From: Octopus sinensis
Lineage: Eukaryota
Length of the DNA stretch: 64,000 nt
NCBI RefSeq assembly: GCF_006345805.1
Contig: NC_042997.1
Coordinates: forward strand, 56,110,001-56,174,000
Direction: 5' to 3'
The notes under the pieces: generated by a model
Told to the model about the DNA's origin: nothing
Seen by the model: only the letters and a program-made list of their open reading frames with translations
Databases searched by the model: none
Shown: piece by piece, positions 51,568 to 64,000 of the stretch
Numbering within the stretch: position 1 is the stretch's first letter
Layout: each line of letters starts with the position of its first letter
Program-made: the position numbers and the translations under genes

Positions 51568-52277
51568 CACTATCACCACTACCACCACCACCACTACTAC
51601 TACTACTACTGCTTAATATACAAATAGTGTAGGCCCTTTATAAAATCTTACGTCATATACGATTTGTTTGTTCTTTAATACTGAAACACACTTTTTTTTT
51701 CCTTTACAACCTATTGTGTTCTAAAACCACAGGGAATCATTCTTAATAGAGCAGAACAACCTTGTCTCTTTCTTGTTCCACCACACACACACACACACAT
51801 ACACACAAACTGCCCCCCCCCCAAAAAAAAAATAGTAGACCACTTGGGGCTTTGTGAGTCATGCAAGCTTCAACTTTATTACAGGACTATAACACACCAT
51901 GGGGTGTATTTATAAACTACTGGTACTACTTAGTTTGGTCATTCTTACTGCAGCTGCTGCTAGCATTTCACTGCAAAGCTAACTTGGCAACTGTTCTCGT
52001 GACTTATCTTAATTCAAAACATTCTAGCCGAAAGTTATTTATCATCTGTTGTCTTCATTATTATTATTGAGCTGGTAGAATCAGTAGAGCATTGGATAAA
52101 ATACCTTGTAGTATTTCTTCTGACTATTAACGTTCTGAGTTCAATTCCAACTAGCATCAACTTTGCCTTTCATTTTTCCAAGATCAATGAAATAAAATAC
52201 TGGTTAGGTACTGGGGTTGGCTATATCAACTAGCTCTCCTCCTTTCAAAATTGTTGGCCATGTGCCTAAATCAGAAG

Positions 52278-52317
<40 letters not shown>

Positions 52318-52873
52318 CATTATCACCATCATCATCTTCATCATTCTCATCAGCATCTCAGACATAACAGATGGCATTATTGTGATCACAAATTAGCTGT
52401 CGTTATTATCATAATTGTTAAAGTGGCCGTCATTATTGTCATCATTTTGGGGTTATGGAGATGTCATAGACAGTTGAGAGTGGATTATGGAGACGTCCTT
52501 GACAGTACAAAGTTATACCTGATTATTTGTTAGCATGTTCAGAGTTACATTATTCTGAGTCTATTAAATTCATTAGATGTTTGTTTTATCTATCATTCCT
52601 ATGATCAGTAGAAATAGATGCTGACCATATAAACTAACATTGATATAGTTAACTTAATTTCTTGACGCACAAAACTGGCCTTGTGCCTAGTCAAAAGGTA
52701 CCTTTGCTTTCATTTCAGACAGTCTATAAAAATGAAAAGATTATCCTCAGTCAACATAACAGAAGCAAAAACAAGAATAGAGACTAATACTATAGTGAAC
52801 TGATTGTTTTTCGTGTCAGTTAGATAGGCCACAAAATTATTATTTTTCTAAATTCCCTCCCATGAATTCTTTT

Positions 52874-53690
52874 ATCTTTTACTTGTTTCAGTTTTCTTTT
52901 TTTCTTTTTTTTTTCTGTGGCCATGCTTGGGTACCGCCTTGAAGGGGTTTAGTCAGACAAATCAACCCCAGGACTTATTTTTTAAAGCCTGGTACTTATT
53001 CTGTCGGCCTCTTTTACCAAACCGTTAAGTTACGAGGATGTAAACACACCAACACCGGTTGTCAAGTAGTGATGGGGGACAAACACAGACACACACCTAT
53101 ATATATATATATATATATATATCAGTTTAGCTAGGTGTATAATACACCTACAGGATATTAAATATCCGAAGAATTTACTGGTTTATATTACCTATATCAA
53201 TAACAACATTACTTCTATAGGTAAATAAAATAAACCTACAGTTTATTGATATATAAATATAAATCAGAAATAGAAAAAACAAAACAATAAATTGAACAAT
53301 TATATATTCAATTCAATTTAAATATTTTGTACAAACATATGGCAAATCTCATATCATTTGTTTGTATAAAATATTTAAATTGAATTGAATTTATAATTGT
53401 TCAATTTATTGTTTTGTCTTTCCATTTCTGATTTATATATATACGTGTATGGGTGTGTATGTATGTAGATGATGCTTCACCCATGCCAGCATGGAAGGCG
53501 GATATTAAATGATGATGATGATGGTAGAAGTGGGCTTCTTTCAGTTTCTGTCTACCAAATCCCCTCACAAGGTTTTGGTCAGCCCAAGGCTATAGTAGAA
53601 GACACTTGCCCAAAGTGTTGTGCAGTGGGACTGAACCTAGGACCATGTGGTTGAGAAGCAAGCTTCTTACCACACAACCAGGTCTGTACC
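52874..53690 (-). mobile_element. SINE family A split at its central microsatellite by a fold-back insert and a (GAT)n-tail fragment
   Basis: 3' half at 52874-53100 and 5' half at ~53530-53690 match family A. Confidence 0.7.
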
Positions 53691-55248
53691 TATCCATACA
53701 ACCATGCCTTTGCTTGTACATATTTGATAAAATTACGTATGTGTATATTTATGTGTGTATGTACGTATGTACAATAGGCTTCTTTTAGTTTCTGTTTACC
53801 AAATCCACTACACCACTCAAAAAGCTTTGGTCCGCCCAGGGCTATAGTAGCAGGCATTTACCGAAGGTGCAACACAATACAATTGAATCCAGAATTTCTA
53901 TAGTTGGGAAACAAACTTCAACACAGCCATGCCTTCACCTAATTATCCAAGCTCGGGCATGGTTGTGTGGCTGAGAAGTTAGTTTACAAACTATATGGTT
54001 TCAGCTTCAATCCCACAATACTGGAGCTACTATAGCTCCAGGCCAATCAAACTCTTGTGAATGGATTTAGTAGATGGAAAGTGAAAGTACACCATTGTGT
54101 GTGTGTACATATATATATGTATATATATATATATAATATATATATATATATACTGTACACATATGGTGGGCAGCTTTCAACTTTTTCTACCCAAAGAATT
54201 CTTGTAACCTAATATTTTTACACTAGTATTTATAGCTTTATTTACTTTTGAGTTCAACTGTTAAAAACAAATGAATGTTATGCATGCATATACATTTACA
54301 TATTGTATATATTTAAGTATTGTTGTTATATATTTTTCTTATTTTATAAAATAAATAAATGTCATGAAATCAATCAGTGCTGATAATAAACTTCAAGATT
54401 CAACTGTTTTATATCTATAGCTCCATCCTAATACACTTTAATTGTAGTTAGTCTTTTGTGTTCCCATTCTACTAACCTCAGTAAATCTTTATGTAAGAAC
54501 AAGTCTTCATACATCTAACATCCTCTAAGCATACAATTATAATATATATAAAATATATTAGCATTGTTCATCATCTTTACTGTAAGTTCATGTCTGTTAC
54601 ATTTATTGCTTCCCTGACTTCATTTAGATTCATTGAATATATATATATATATATCATCATCATCATCATATATATATATATATATATACTTAGCTCATTT
54701 TTCTACAACTGGTCAATGCTTTAGTAATATTATATACTTCTGTCAAAGACAGTGGATGGACAGAATCAGACAAAATGGCTTGCAATATTTAAGTACAGCC
54801 CTGTCTTTATTCTTCCACATTCAAATCCAACCAAAATAACTTTTCATTTCATTTTTCTAGAATGAAAAAAAAAAGTCATACCTGGTGAGTCATGCCTGGA
54901 ATGCCTTTAATTAAAGAGTGGGGCTAACTTTTTCTGCTAAACAACAACACACATTCAGTATTCTTTTTGTATGAATCCATGTATTACATTTAAGTGATCC
55001 ACAAAGGATGTATAGAATCAGTATATCAAGAACACAGTCTTATAAACCTGATTGTTTGCTTGTTTTATTACCTATTTCTTTTTAGATGGTATATGTGACA
55101 ATCTTTTTCCTTATGTTACAAAAATAACGATTGCTTAAACTAACAAGTCATCATATTTTGCCACATTTTTAGCTGATTATCCATTTTCTACAAAGAGATC
55201 TATGATTTTTGTGACTTTCTCTGAAAAACAGACAACTATATTTTCTTT

Positions 55249-55355
55249 ATACATACATACATACATACATACATACACGCATGCACACATACATACATAC
55301 ATACATACATACATACATACATACATACATACATACATACATACATACATACATA
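55249..55355. repeat. (ACAT)n tetranucleotide repeat
   Basis: Directly visible. Confidence 0.95.
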
Positions 55356-57299
55356 ATTTAGTTTTTATATCTTATTTGTAGAATTAACCCTAATCCATCT
55401 TATTCCATCCATATTTCTTGAATATCAGCCTATTATTTTTGATCATCTTTCATATTATTTGTCATTATTAATCATTACATAATTATATGTACAACTTCCT
55501 CTTAATTCTCTCTGATCTCAGAAACTCTCTCCTGAATTATTTACTTATAATCTCTCCATGGAACACCTTCAAACAGAAGTATTGTTTCCAAGGCTATATT
55601 TTTGCTAAATCATTATAATTTATGTGAATGAGTCTATTTTAGTTTACATCGTCAAATTTTATATTATATATTAGTCACATACTAACATAATTTCCAAACT
55701 CAATAGTATAACATGTACACATGATTGAAAGAGCTATTAAAAGTACATTATGTATCATCTTAAATGTTTTAATGTCCATTACCTCATGCTTGCATAGTCA
55801 GATGAAACTTGTGGGGGAAAAATGGTCAAATGCTTTTCATGTTGCCAGTCCTCACCTGTTTCCAACTAAGATAATGTTTCCACTGGTTCTTCAAACAGTG
55901 AAAAACTCAATGGTCAGACATGCTCTTGTAGAGGATTGTACACAAATGGCACTATTTGTATAACAGTGACGTTTGCTTATAATTAGCGCACCCATGTCAG
56001 GGTAAAGGAGAATATACAAACATATATAAACACACACACACACACATACATACATACATATGTGTGAACATGCATCTACAGTAGAAGACACTAGCTGACA
56101 GTGTCATGCTCTAGGAATGGTTTTGAAGGCAACTTCTCAACCACACAGCCATATATACACCTATATATATGGCAGTGGATACAGATATGACCAAGTGGTT
56201 AAGACATTTGCTTTGCAATCATGAAATTCTTGGTTTAATCTTGTATCTTCGGCAAATAGCCTCATATCAACCCAAGCTTTGCCAATGAAACTGAACAAGC
56301 AAAAAGCTTTGCGGAAACCTATTGAATAGCTTCTACCTGCAATTCAATGGTCACAGCCTTGTCACAAATCCTATAATGCTGATTTTGGCTTAGAATTATA
56401 CTGAAGATGCAAGTATCTATGGAATACTCAGCCAGTTGTACATGAATTTAACTAAACAACAGCTTACTTAATGAAACAATCAGATGCTCATCGTCGATAC
56501 TGATAAAGAATGAATTGATCCAGTAGTATTAATGTATTAAGACACTTAAGGAAGTAAAAAACAATAAAAAATATGTTAACTCTGTTATCTTGAAATATTT
56601 TTCAGAGGGGAAAATTGAATTAATTCACAGGTTTAAAACTCCATTCCTCATTATTCCATTAATTGCTTTATATTTTATTCCAATAAATAATTTTTTTCCT
56701 CCAACTTTGATTTATTTGTCGCATTGAAGACATTTTTACTAACTAACCACCCATCGAGAGGGTTTTAGTTTTTGACAAGCCATGATTTAAGTTTTTACTC
56801 AAATAAGTTATTCGTTTTTAGTTTAAGTTCCGTTTCCACACGACGTCACTAATTCCACTGCAGGATTCCATATATCCCTTATGTAAAATCAAATATGTGT
56901 GCGTGCGTGTGTGTGTGTGTGTGCATGTTATTTCTCTTGAGAATTCTTAGATATAACGACACAAAAGGTATAACCCGCTGAACGGTTTCCTAGCAAGTAC
57001 CAGGCGTGCCAGTAGGTAACATAAAGCTTGAGTCATTAACTCAGCGGGATGTTTTTACTGCACTACATACACCTAACAAGTTGGCACTAGATAGATAGGC
57101 CGTGCTAAACAGTCGGCTGCAAACTGAGAATTAACCTGGTTTTTGGTGCTACTGGAGTTCACTACCTCACGAATCATGTCATACTAACAAAGCGAGTGCA
57201 GATAGCTTGTTTGCTGTCATTGTTGCTGTTGTTGCTATTGATGTTCTTGTTGATGCTACCAACGTTGTTGCTGCAAAACTCTCTCTCTCCCCCTCTGTG

Positions 57300-57347
57300 T
57301 ACGTGTGTGTGTGGTGTGTGTGTGTATATATATATATATACACACAT

Positions 57348-57402
<55 letters not shown>

Positions 57403-57686
57403 CACACACATATACTCGCACACACATATATATACACACACACACACACACATATATATAATATACATATATATACACACATATGTGTTATGTATTATCT
57501 TGTAATATATTATTGCTGTGTATATTTTATGTATACACACACACACATATATATATATAAATATATATAACACATATATATATATACACATACAAATAAA
57601 TACATACACACATGCGTGCACACACACACACACATATATATACATACCTACATATGTGTGTGTATCTATATAAATCTAATATATGC

Positions 57687-57727
<41 letters not shown>

Positions 57728-57795
57728 CACACACACACATACTCACTCACATACATACACACCTATAAATACATGTGTGTGTGTATATGTATATT
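57300..57795. repeat. Compound CA/TA/TG microsatellite region
   Basis: Directly visible. Confidence 0.93.
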
Positions 57796-58596
57796 AGTGT
57801 ATACATTCTGTTATTCCTTTGCTGGTTTCAGATTGCAGAGGCCATGCTGAGGTAGTGCCTTCAAATGTTTTATTCAATTATATTGATCCCAGCACTGATT
57901 CCAGTCTGGAACTTAATAACGATTTTCATTTTGTCAGATTACTAAATTACTGGACATTAAAATGACTCGACACAAATGCCACCAGGTTTTAGACTGGTGT
58001 GCAAATGCAAACATGAACAAGTGGAACACACACAGACACACTCAGCTACATACATAACAGGCTTCCTTACAGTTTCCATCTAAAGAAATATTATGAGTTA
58101 ACTTGATACTATGGTGGAAGGCATGTGCCCAGTGTGTCACACAGGAAAAGGGAACCACTTGGAACCATGTTGTGGAGTGAATGTCCTGTGGTTAAGAAAG
58201 TTGCTTTCCAAGCTGTGTGATCAGGGGTTCAATTCCACTGCACAGCACTTTAAGCTAGTGTCACTATCTTGTCTTATAGCCCAGGCCAACCAAAGCCTTG
58301 TGAGTTGATTTTGTAGACAGAAACTGAAAGAAGCCTATTGAATATCTAGAAGTGTGTGTGTGTGTGCATATGCATGTATATGTGTGCCCTTGTCTTGACA
58401 TCATGTGATGGTTGCAAATGAGCATCACTATCATGCAAATGATGTTGTTTATGTCTAGTCTTCTGTGAAAAACATGTCTGGCAAAGGGGAAGTATTACCT
58501 TGCTTGAAAATAAGTGGGAGTTAGTGTCAGGAAGGGCATCCAAGCATAGAAAATCTACCTCAACAAATTCCATCTAACCCATACAAGCATGGAATA

Positions 58597-58995
58597 TCAT
58601 CATCATCATCATCATCGTTTAACGTCCACTTTCCATGCTAGCATGGGTTGGATGATTTGACTGAGGTCTGGCGAACCAGGTGGCTGCACCAGACTCCAAT
58701 CTGATCTGGCAGAGTTTCTACAGCTGGATGCCTTTCCTAATGCCAACCACTCCAAGAGTGTAGTGGGTGCTTTTATGTGCCACTGACATGAGGGCCAGTC
58801 AGGCGGTACTGGCAACGGCCATCCTCAAATGGTGCTTTTTATGTGCCACCTGCACAAGAGCCAGTCCCACGGCACTGGCAACGACCTCGCTCAAATGCTT
58901 TTTCACGTGCCACTAACACAAATGCCAGTAAAGCGACGCAGGTAACGATCACACTTGAATGGTGTTTTTTACATGCCACCGGTACAAAGGCCAGC
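58597..58995 (-). mobile_element. Repeat family C with four internal modules
   Basis: Four recurrences of TTTT(A/C)(C/T)(G/A)TGCCAC. Confidence 0.8.
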
Positions 58996-59027
58996 TTTCC
59001 CTCACACATGCATATATTAATAACATA

Positions 59028-59233
59028 CAGTAATCCCTCAACTATCACCGGTGTTACATTCCAAAACTTCCCACAGAAATAAATCAAATCTAAAAAAGTA
59101 TAAATACCTATTGGCCGCAGAAACCCGCAATATACTGAGGATTCCACGATATAAATTTACATATATTAGCCAGAAAAATCCACAATGTATTGAGTGTGCG
59201 ATAGGTGAACCGCAATATGGTGAGGGATTACTG
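59028..59233. mobile_element. Second copy of the same MITE
   Basis: TIR cagtaatccctca...tgagggattactg; colinear with 44249-44483. Confidence 0.82.
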
Positions 59234-59259
59234 CATGTGTGTGTGTGTGTGTGTGTGTA

Positions 59260-60105
59260 GGTGCAGGCGTGGCTGTGTGCATATAGGAACAAGCATGGCT
59301 TTGTGGTAAGAAGCTTGCTTCCCAATCACATGGTTCCAGGTTCAGTCCCATTGCATAGCATCTTGGTAAAGTGTCTTCTATATCCTCAGGCTAACCAAAG
59401 CCGTGAGAGTGGATTTGGTAGATGGAACCTGAAAGAAGCCCTTTACCCATGTGTGTGTGTGTGTGTGTTCTTGTGTGTCTTTGTGTCTGTGTTTGTCCCC
59501 TGCCACCATTTGACAACCAGTGTTGGTGTGTTTACATCCCCGTAACTTAGTGGTTTGGCAAAAAGGGATCGCTAGAATAAGTACCATGTTTAACCAAAAT
59601 AGAATTTACTTGCGTCAATTCATTTGACTAAAAATCCTTCAAGGTGGTGTCACCAGCATAACTGCACTGTAATGACTTAGACAACCAAAAGATAAAATAT
59701 ATATATTAGGCATAGGAGTGGCTGTGTGATAAATAGCTTGCTTACCAACCACATGGTTGTGGGTTCAGTCCCACTGCGTGGCATCTTGGGCAAGTGTCTT
59801 CTACTATAGCCTCAGGCTGAACAAAGCCTTGTGAGTGGATTTGGTGGGCAGAAACTGAAAGAAGCTCATCGTATATATGTATATGTGCGTGTGTGTGTGT
59901 GTGTATACGTCTGTGTTTGTCTTCCCAACATCGCTTGTCAACCGATGCTGGTGTGTTTACATCCCCATAACTTAGCGGTTCGGCAAAAGTGACCGATAGA
60001 ATAAGTACTAGGCTTACAAAGAATAAGTCCTGCGGTTGATGTCCTCGACTAAAGGCGGTGCTCCAGCATGGCCACAGTCAAATGACTGAAACAAGTAAAA
60101 GAGTA
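59260..60105 (+). mobile_element. Two head-to-tail SINE family A copies (~59260-59690 and ~59708-60105)
   Basis: Two successive GG(C/T)(G/A)(C/T)AGG..TGGCTGTGTG heads, each followed by the family body and tail. Confidence 0.8.
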
Positions 60106-61344
60106 AAAAAGTAATATATACATATTGTATATATGTGTACATGTCTATTTTTAAATATACCAAATCCATTGTTTCCCTAGCAGGGTACACCACACTGTTC
60201 TGACTGAAATGTAACCAAGCTACATTGGACTTACATATTTTATGCAAAAACAAAAGCAGCTAATCTGTTAATAAAGTCTGACCTGTCATTGATATGTTTG
60301 CATTGAGCTCCATTATTCTATTCTATAGTTTTAGTGTCCAGTTGGTAATGTGTGTGTTTGTTAGCAGAGTGGCAGCTTATTGCAGAATGCTGGACATTTT
60401 TATTATGATGTCTCTCTGGGGAGTTCCTTTTTCCATCTAATGATCTTCCCATTTTCCCTGTGCTATTGCCTTTCTTCCATACTTTCTCCTACCCTCACAA
60501 CTTTCTTTCTTTCTTTATCTAGCTTTGGTACTACATGACTTCTTTTTGTTACTCTTTGTGTTCCTTCTGATTCATTCCCTTTCTGTTCACTCTTATCCAG
60601 CTTTTGTCTTCTCATAGCTAGTCCCTTCTCTCATGTTAATCTCCTATGTCCTACCTCATCCTACTTCTTTCACGAGTTTTTTTGAGTTTTTTCCTCATAT
60701 CTTTTAGCAGAAGCTCTAATTACTCCTTTTCTTTTTTTTTATATCTCTTTTCCATTTATTAAACAATCCCTCTTTGTTCCCAGATTCTGTATTTCACATA
60801 TTACCCGAAGTCACACAATTTATTACATAGTCATAATCATATATTATATAGGTGTTAGAAATTGTTGGATGTTAGTATAACTTCCCTAAGTGTCTTCTAT
60901 CCATAACATGACCACTATGATTCCCCTTTAGCTGGCATTCTCTTTCTAAAGTAATTCTTTATGTATAAGATACCCTTTATATATGATGTGTCTGTAGTAG
61001 AAGAATAATTAATTTGAAGAATTTCATAGAATCTTATCAGGAACATCAGAACCTCAGGTTCCATAATAAAATGCACCCAGTGCAGTCTGTAGAGAGTTGG
61101 TAACAGTAAGAGCATCCATTCAAAAATGTAACATACAAATGAAACAGGGTTCCCTAATCCATCTAGGAAGGTAGTAACTCTGAATAAGAACTGACTCAGA
61201 ACATTTTGACCTCTCTAGCCCACACCAACAAGGAAAGGACAAAATCATGAAGATGAACTGCTATGATATGTTGAACAGTCAGCAAGTTGATCCTCTAAAT
61301 ACTATTGCTGCCTTACACTCCTTATATCTATTACTTCTGCTGAG

Positions 61345-61815
61345 AAGTGGAATTTCTCTCCAAGTGGAAGGTAGATTGTACAATGCATGTGTAATGAATT
61401 GCAATGTTACATAATGGTGGGACTAAGTGCAGAAGATGTGCAAAGGTTGAGAAGAAACAAGGTATGCATGATCGCCAAAATCTGTAATGTTGCTGTGCAT
61501 AAGCATTGAGATATAGATTAGTTTGCAAAAAAGAAAAAAAAAAAACTGAAGAATCAACTGCAGAGTGCAAGAGTGACAGCTGTGCTGGTATGAACATATA
61601 ATGCTTATAAATAACAGACAAGTGAAGAAGTTGCGGGAGATTCATATGGAAGGACCAACCGGAAGAGGAAGACCAGAGAAGACATGGGCAGAAGTGATGA
61701 AAGTCGATTTCAAGAATCTAAACTTCACAAAAGAGATGACAAAAGAAGACAAGTAGCTGTATACTGCGTTGGAGAAGACTTATCCATCCCATGCAAGTAC
61801 AGAAATACAGACATG
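61345..61815 (+). mobile_element. Decayed RTE-clade LINE 3' end
   Basis: VKKLREIHMEGPTGRGRPEKTWAEVMKVDFKNLNFTKEMTKED (the RTE G.R.RGRP..TW motif), followed by a tail resembling the family C tail. Confidence 0.75.
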
Positions 61816-62209
61816 CCAACTGTTGTGGTTTGGCCTTTTAGACCATAAATTAAGATTTGATATCTTGTTATAGATTGTGTTGGACTGAACACAGTTTATG
61901 CAAACTGGTTGTTAACACTGAGCTCTGCTTGAAAACATTTAATGTCAAACAAGTCTGCCCACCTGTTGGGTAGTTGGCCATTTAATGTTTTAAAAAGGAA
62001 GATAATCACTGAGTTTGCTGGCATCACATTTGCTATTTGAATATTGAACTCTGAAGATTTTAAAAAACGTACTTGATATAAAGGATTGTATGTGAGTATT
62101 TATATTTATCTGTGAATATATGTGTGTAAGTACCAGTAGAACACTGGAGTTGATTTAATCAACTTACCCCCTCTCCGAAATTACTGGCCTTGTGCCAAAA
62201 TTTGAAACC

Positions 62210-62251
<42 letters not shown>

Positions 62252-62415
62252 CATTTAGGAATGGTCATGTTGCCAGTTTAGCCAATAAAAACACACGCAC
62301 TATATATTTGGTGTTAATTTGCTTCAGCTTTATTTATTTTTTACATTTATTGGCTAAACTGGCAACATGACCATTATCTGTTTCAACACACGATTTCACA
62401 TCAAGAATGTTTCAA

Positions 62416-62467
<52 letters not shown>

Positions 62468-62500
62468 TTGCAACATTCTTGATGTGAAATATATATATAT

Positions 62501-62878
62501 ACTCTTTTTACTCTTTTTACTTGTTTCAGTCATTTGACTGCGGCCATGCTGGAGCACCGCCTTTAGTCAAGCGAATCGACCCCGGGACTTATTTTTTGTA
62601 AGCCCAGTACTTATTCTATCGGTCACTTTTGCTAAACTGCTAAGTGACGGTGACGTAAACACACCAGCATCGGTTGTCAAGCAATGCTAGGGGGACAAAC
62701 ACACATATATATATACGACAGGCTTCTTTCAGTTTCCGTCTACCAAATCCACTCACAAGGCATTGGTCGGCCCGGGGCTATAGCAGAAGACACTTGCCCA
62801 AGATGCCACGCAGTGGGACTGAACCCGGAACCATGTGATTGGTTAGCAAGCTACTTACCACACAGCCACTCCTGCACC
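62501..62878 (-). mobile_element. SINE family A, young copy closely related to 3213-3627
   Basis: Shares CAGCATCGGTTGTCAAGCAATGCTAGGGGGACAAACAC and GGGGCTATAGCAGAAGACACTTGCCCAAGATGCCACGCAG with the 3213 copy. Confidence 0.85.
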
Positions 62879-63639
62879 TATATATATATTTATATATATA
62901 TATATATATTTATCTATTTATCTATTTATCTATTTATTTATTTATTTATAAGTTAAGGATATAATCATAAAAATGACCATATAGGTAACATTAATTTTTT
63001 ATGTATATAATTATAAAAATATAATTATAAAAAAGGGCTACTAGAAATGACCATCACCAATGCTTAGAGTGGATTCTAGGTATTTGACATCTACTTCTAG
63101 CATTGGCAATGGTCATTTCCAGTAGCCCTTAACTATAATTATATTTTCATTATTATATATATATATAGATATAGATATAATATGAACTCTAGGTTGAAAT
63201 TTGTTTGGGCAATATTTCAACTTCTACAGGCAATTTCATTGCAGTTTACCATGGAGAAAAAATTCTCTGTTGTGATAAAAGATCTAAAGACATTGTTATC
63301 AGTTCAAAATGTCCTCTGTGAACCTTGCAGATGGACATTTCTGGTTCCTTTGCCATCTCCATTGTAGATACTAAAGAGAGGCAACTCTGAGCTGACCGAA
63401 ATCCTTAACTTTATAAGAAATCAGTAAATGCTAGTTACTGATTTGCGCTCATAGACTGCCAAGTCTAATCAAATACATAAGTAGTAGTGCAAGGTAGTGA
63501 TGGAAAATGAACAATCTTTCTTTGGTGTCCACTACAGCAGATGGCAAAAAAAAAAAAAAAAGAAATTTGCATCTAGAGGTCCATGGAGGTCGTTTTGAGC
63601 TAATAATGATGTCTTTATACCTTTTACCATTAGGTTGTT

Positions 63640-63780
63640 TGGTGATAGAAAGGGTATCCTGCTGTAAAAACCCTGTCAAAACAGACACTGAAGCTTGGTG
63701 CAGTCTTCTGCCTGGCCAGCCTCCTGTCAAACCGTCCAACCCATGCCAGCATGGAAAGCAGATATTAAACGATGATGATA
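63640..63780 (+). mobile_element. Repeat family C, 3' part
   Basis: CCGTCCAACCCATGCCAGCATGGAAAGCAGATATTAAACGATGATGAT tail. Confidence 0.7.
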
Positions 63781-64000
63781 TATATACATGATGAATTTCT
63801 TCCAGTTTCTGTCTACCAAGTCCACTCACAATGTTTTGGTCAACCTGGGGTGTAGCAGAAAACACAATTGCCCAAGGTGCACACAGAACCATGTAGTTTG
63901 AAAGCAGTCTTCTTTTATTCATTTAATTGGCCACAAGGGCTTTGCAAAGAAATGAAGCTGCATACTTACCACACAGCCACACCTGCACCTGCAAAATATT

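Overview
AT-rich, microsatellite-dense animal genomic DNA. The repeat families (tRNA-headed SINEs, repeats ending in (GAT)n, RTE LINEs) look like those of octopod cephalopods; this assignment comes from pattern recognition, not a database search. Only one host coding exon is well supported: a 183-nt phase-1/phase-1 exon (5172-5354, +) encoding an acidic stretch and a single C-x2-C-x12-H-x4-C zinc finger. It most resembles the first finger exon of ZNF423/ZNF521 (Oaz). The remaining ~58.6 kb appears to be one long intron full of SINEs, RTE LINE fragments, Tc1/mariner-superfamily elements and microsatellites. The standout structure is a very young Penelope-like element (GIY-YIG endonuclease end only) at 17711-19355. 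It is inserted in (TA)n as a ~1.6-kb near-perfect fold-back, with an atypical hammerhead-like motif in each arm. Four much smaller TA-embedded fold-back inserts share its 'tail + arm + inverted arm' geometry. A POU plus COE/EBF-type motif cluster at ~37.0 kb is a candidate enhancer. Most ORFs in the supplied track are microsatellite or low-complexity artefacts.
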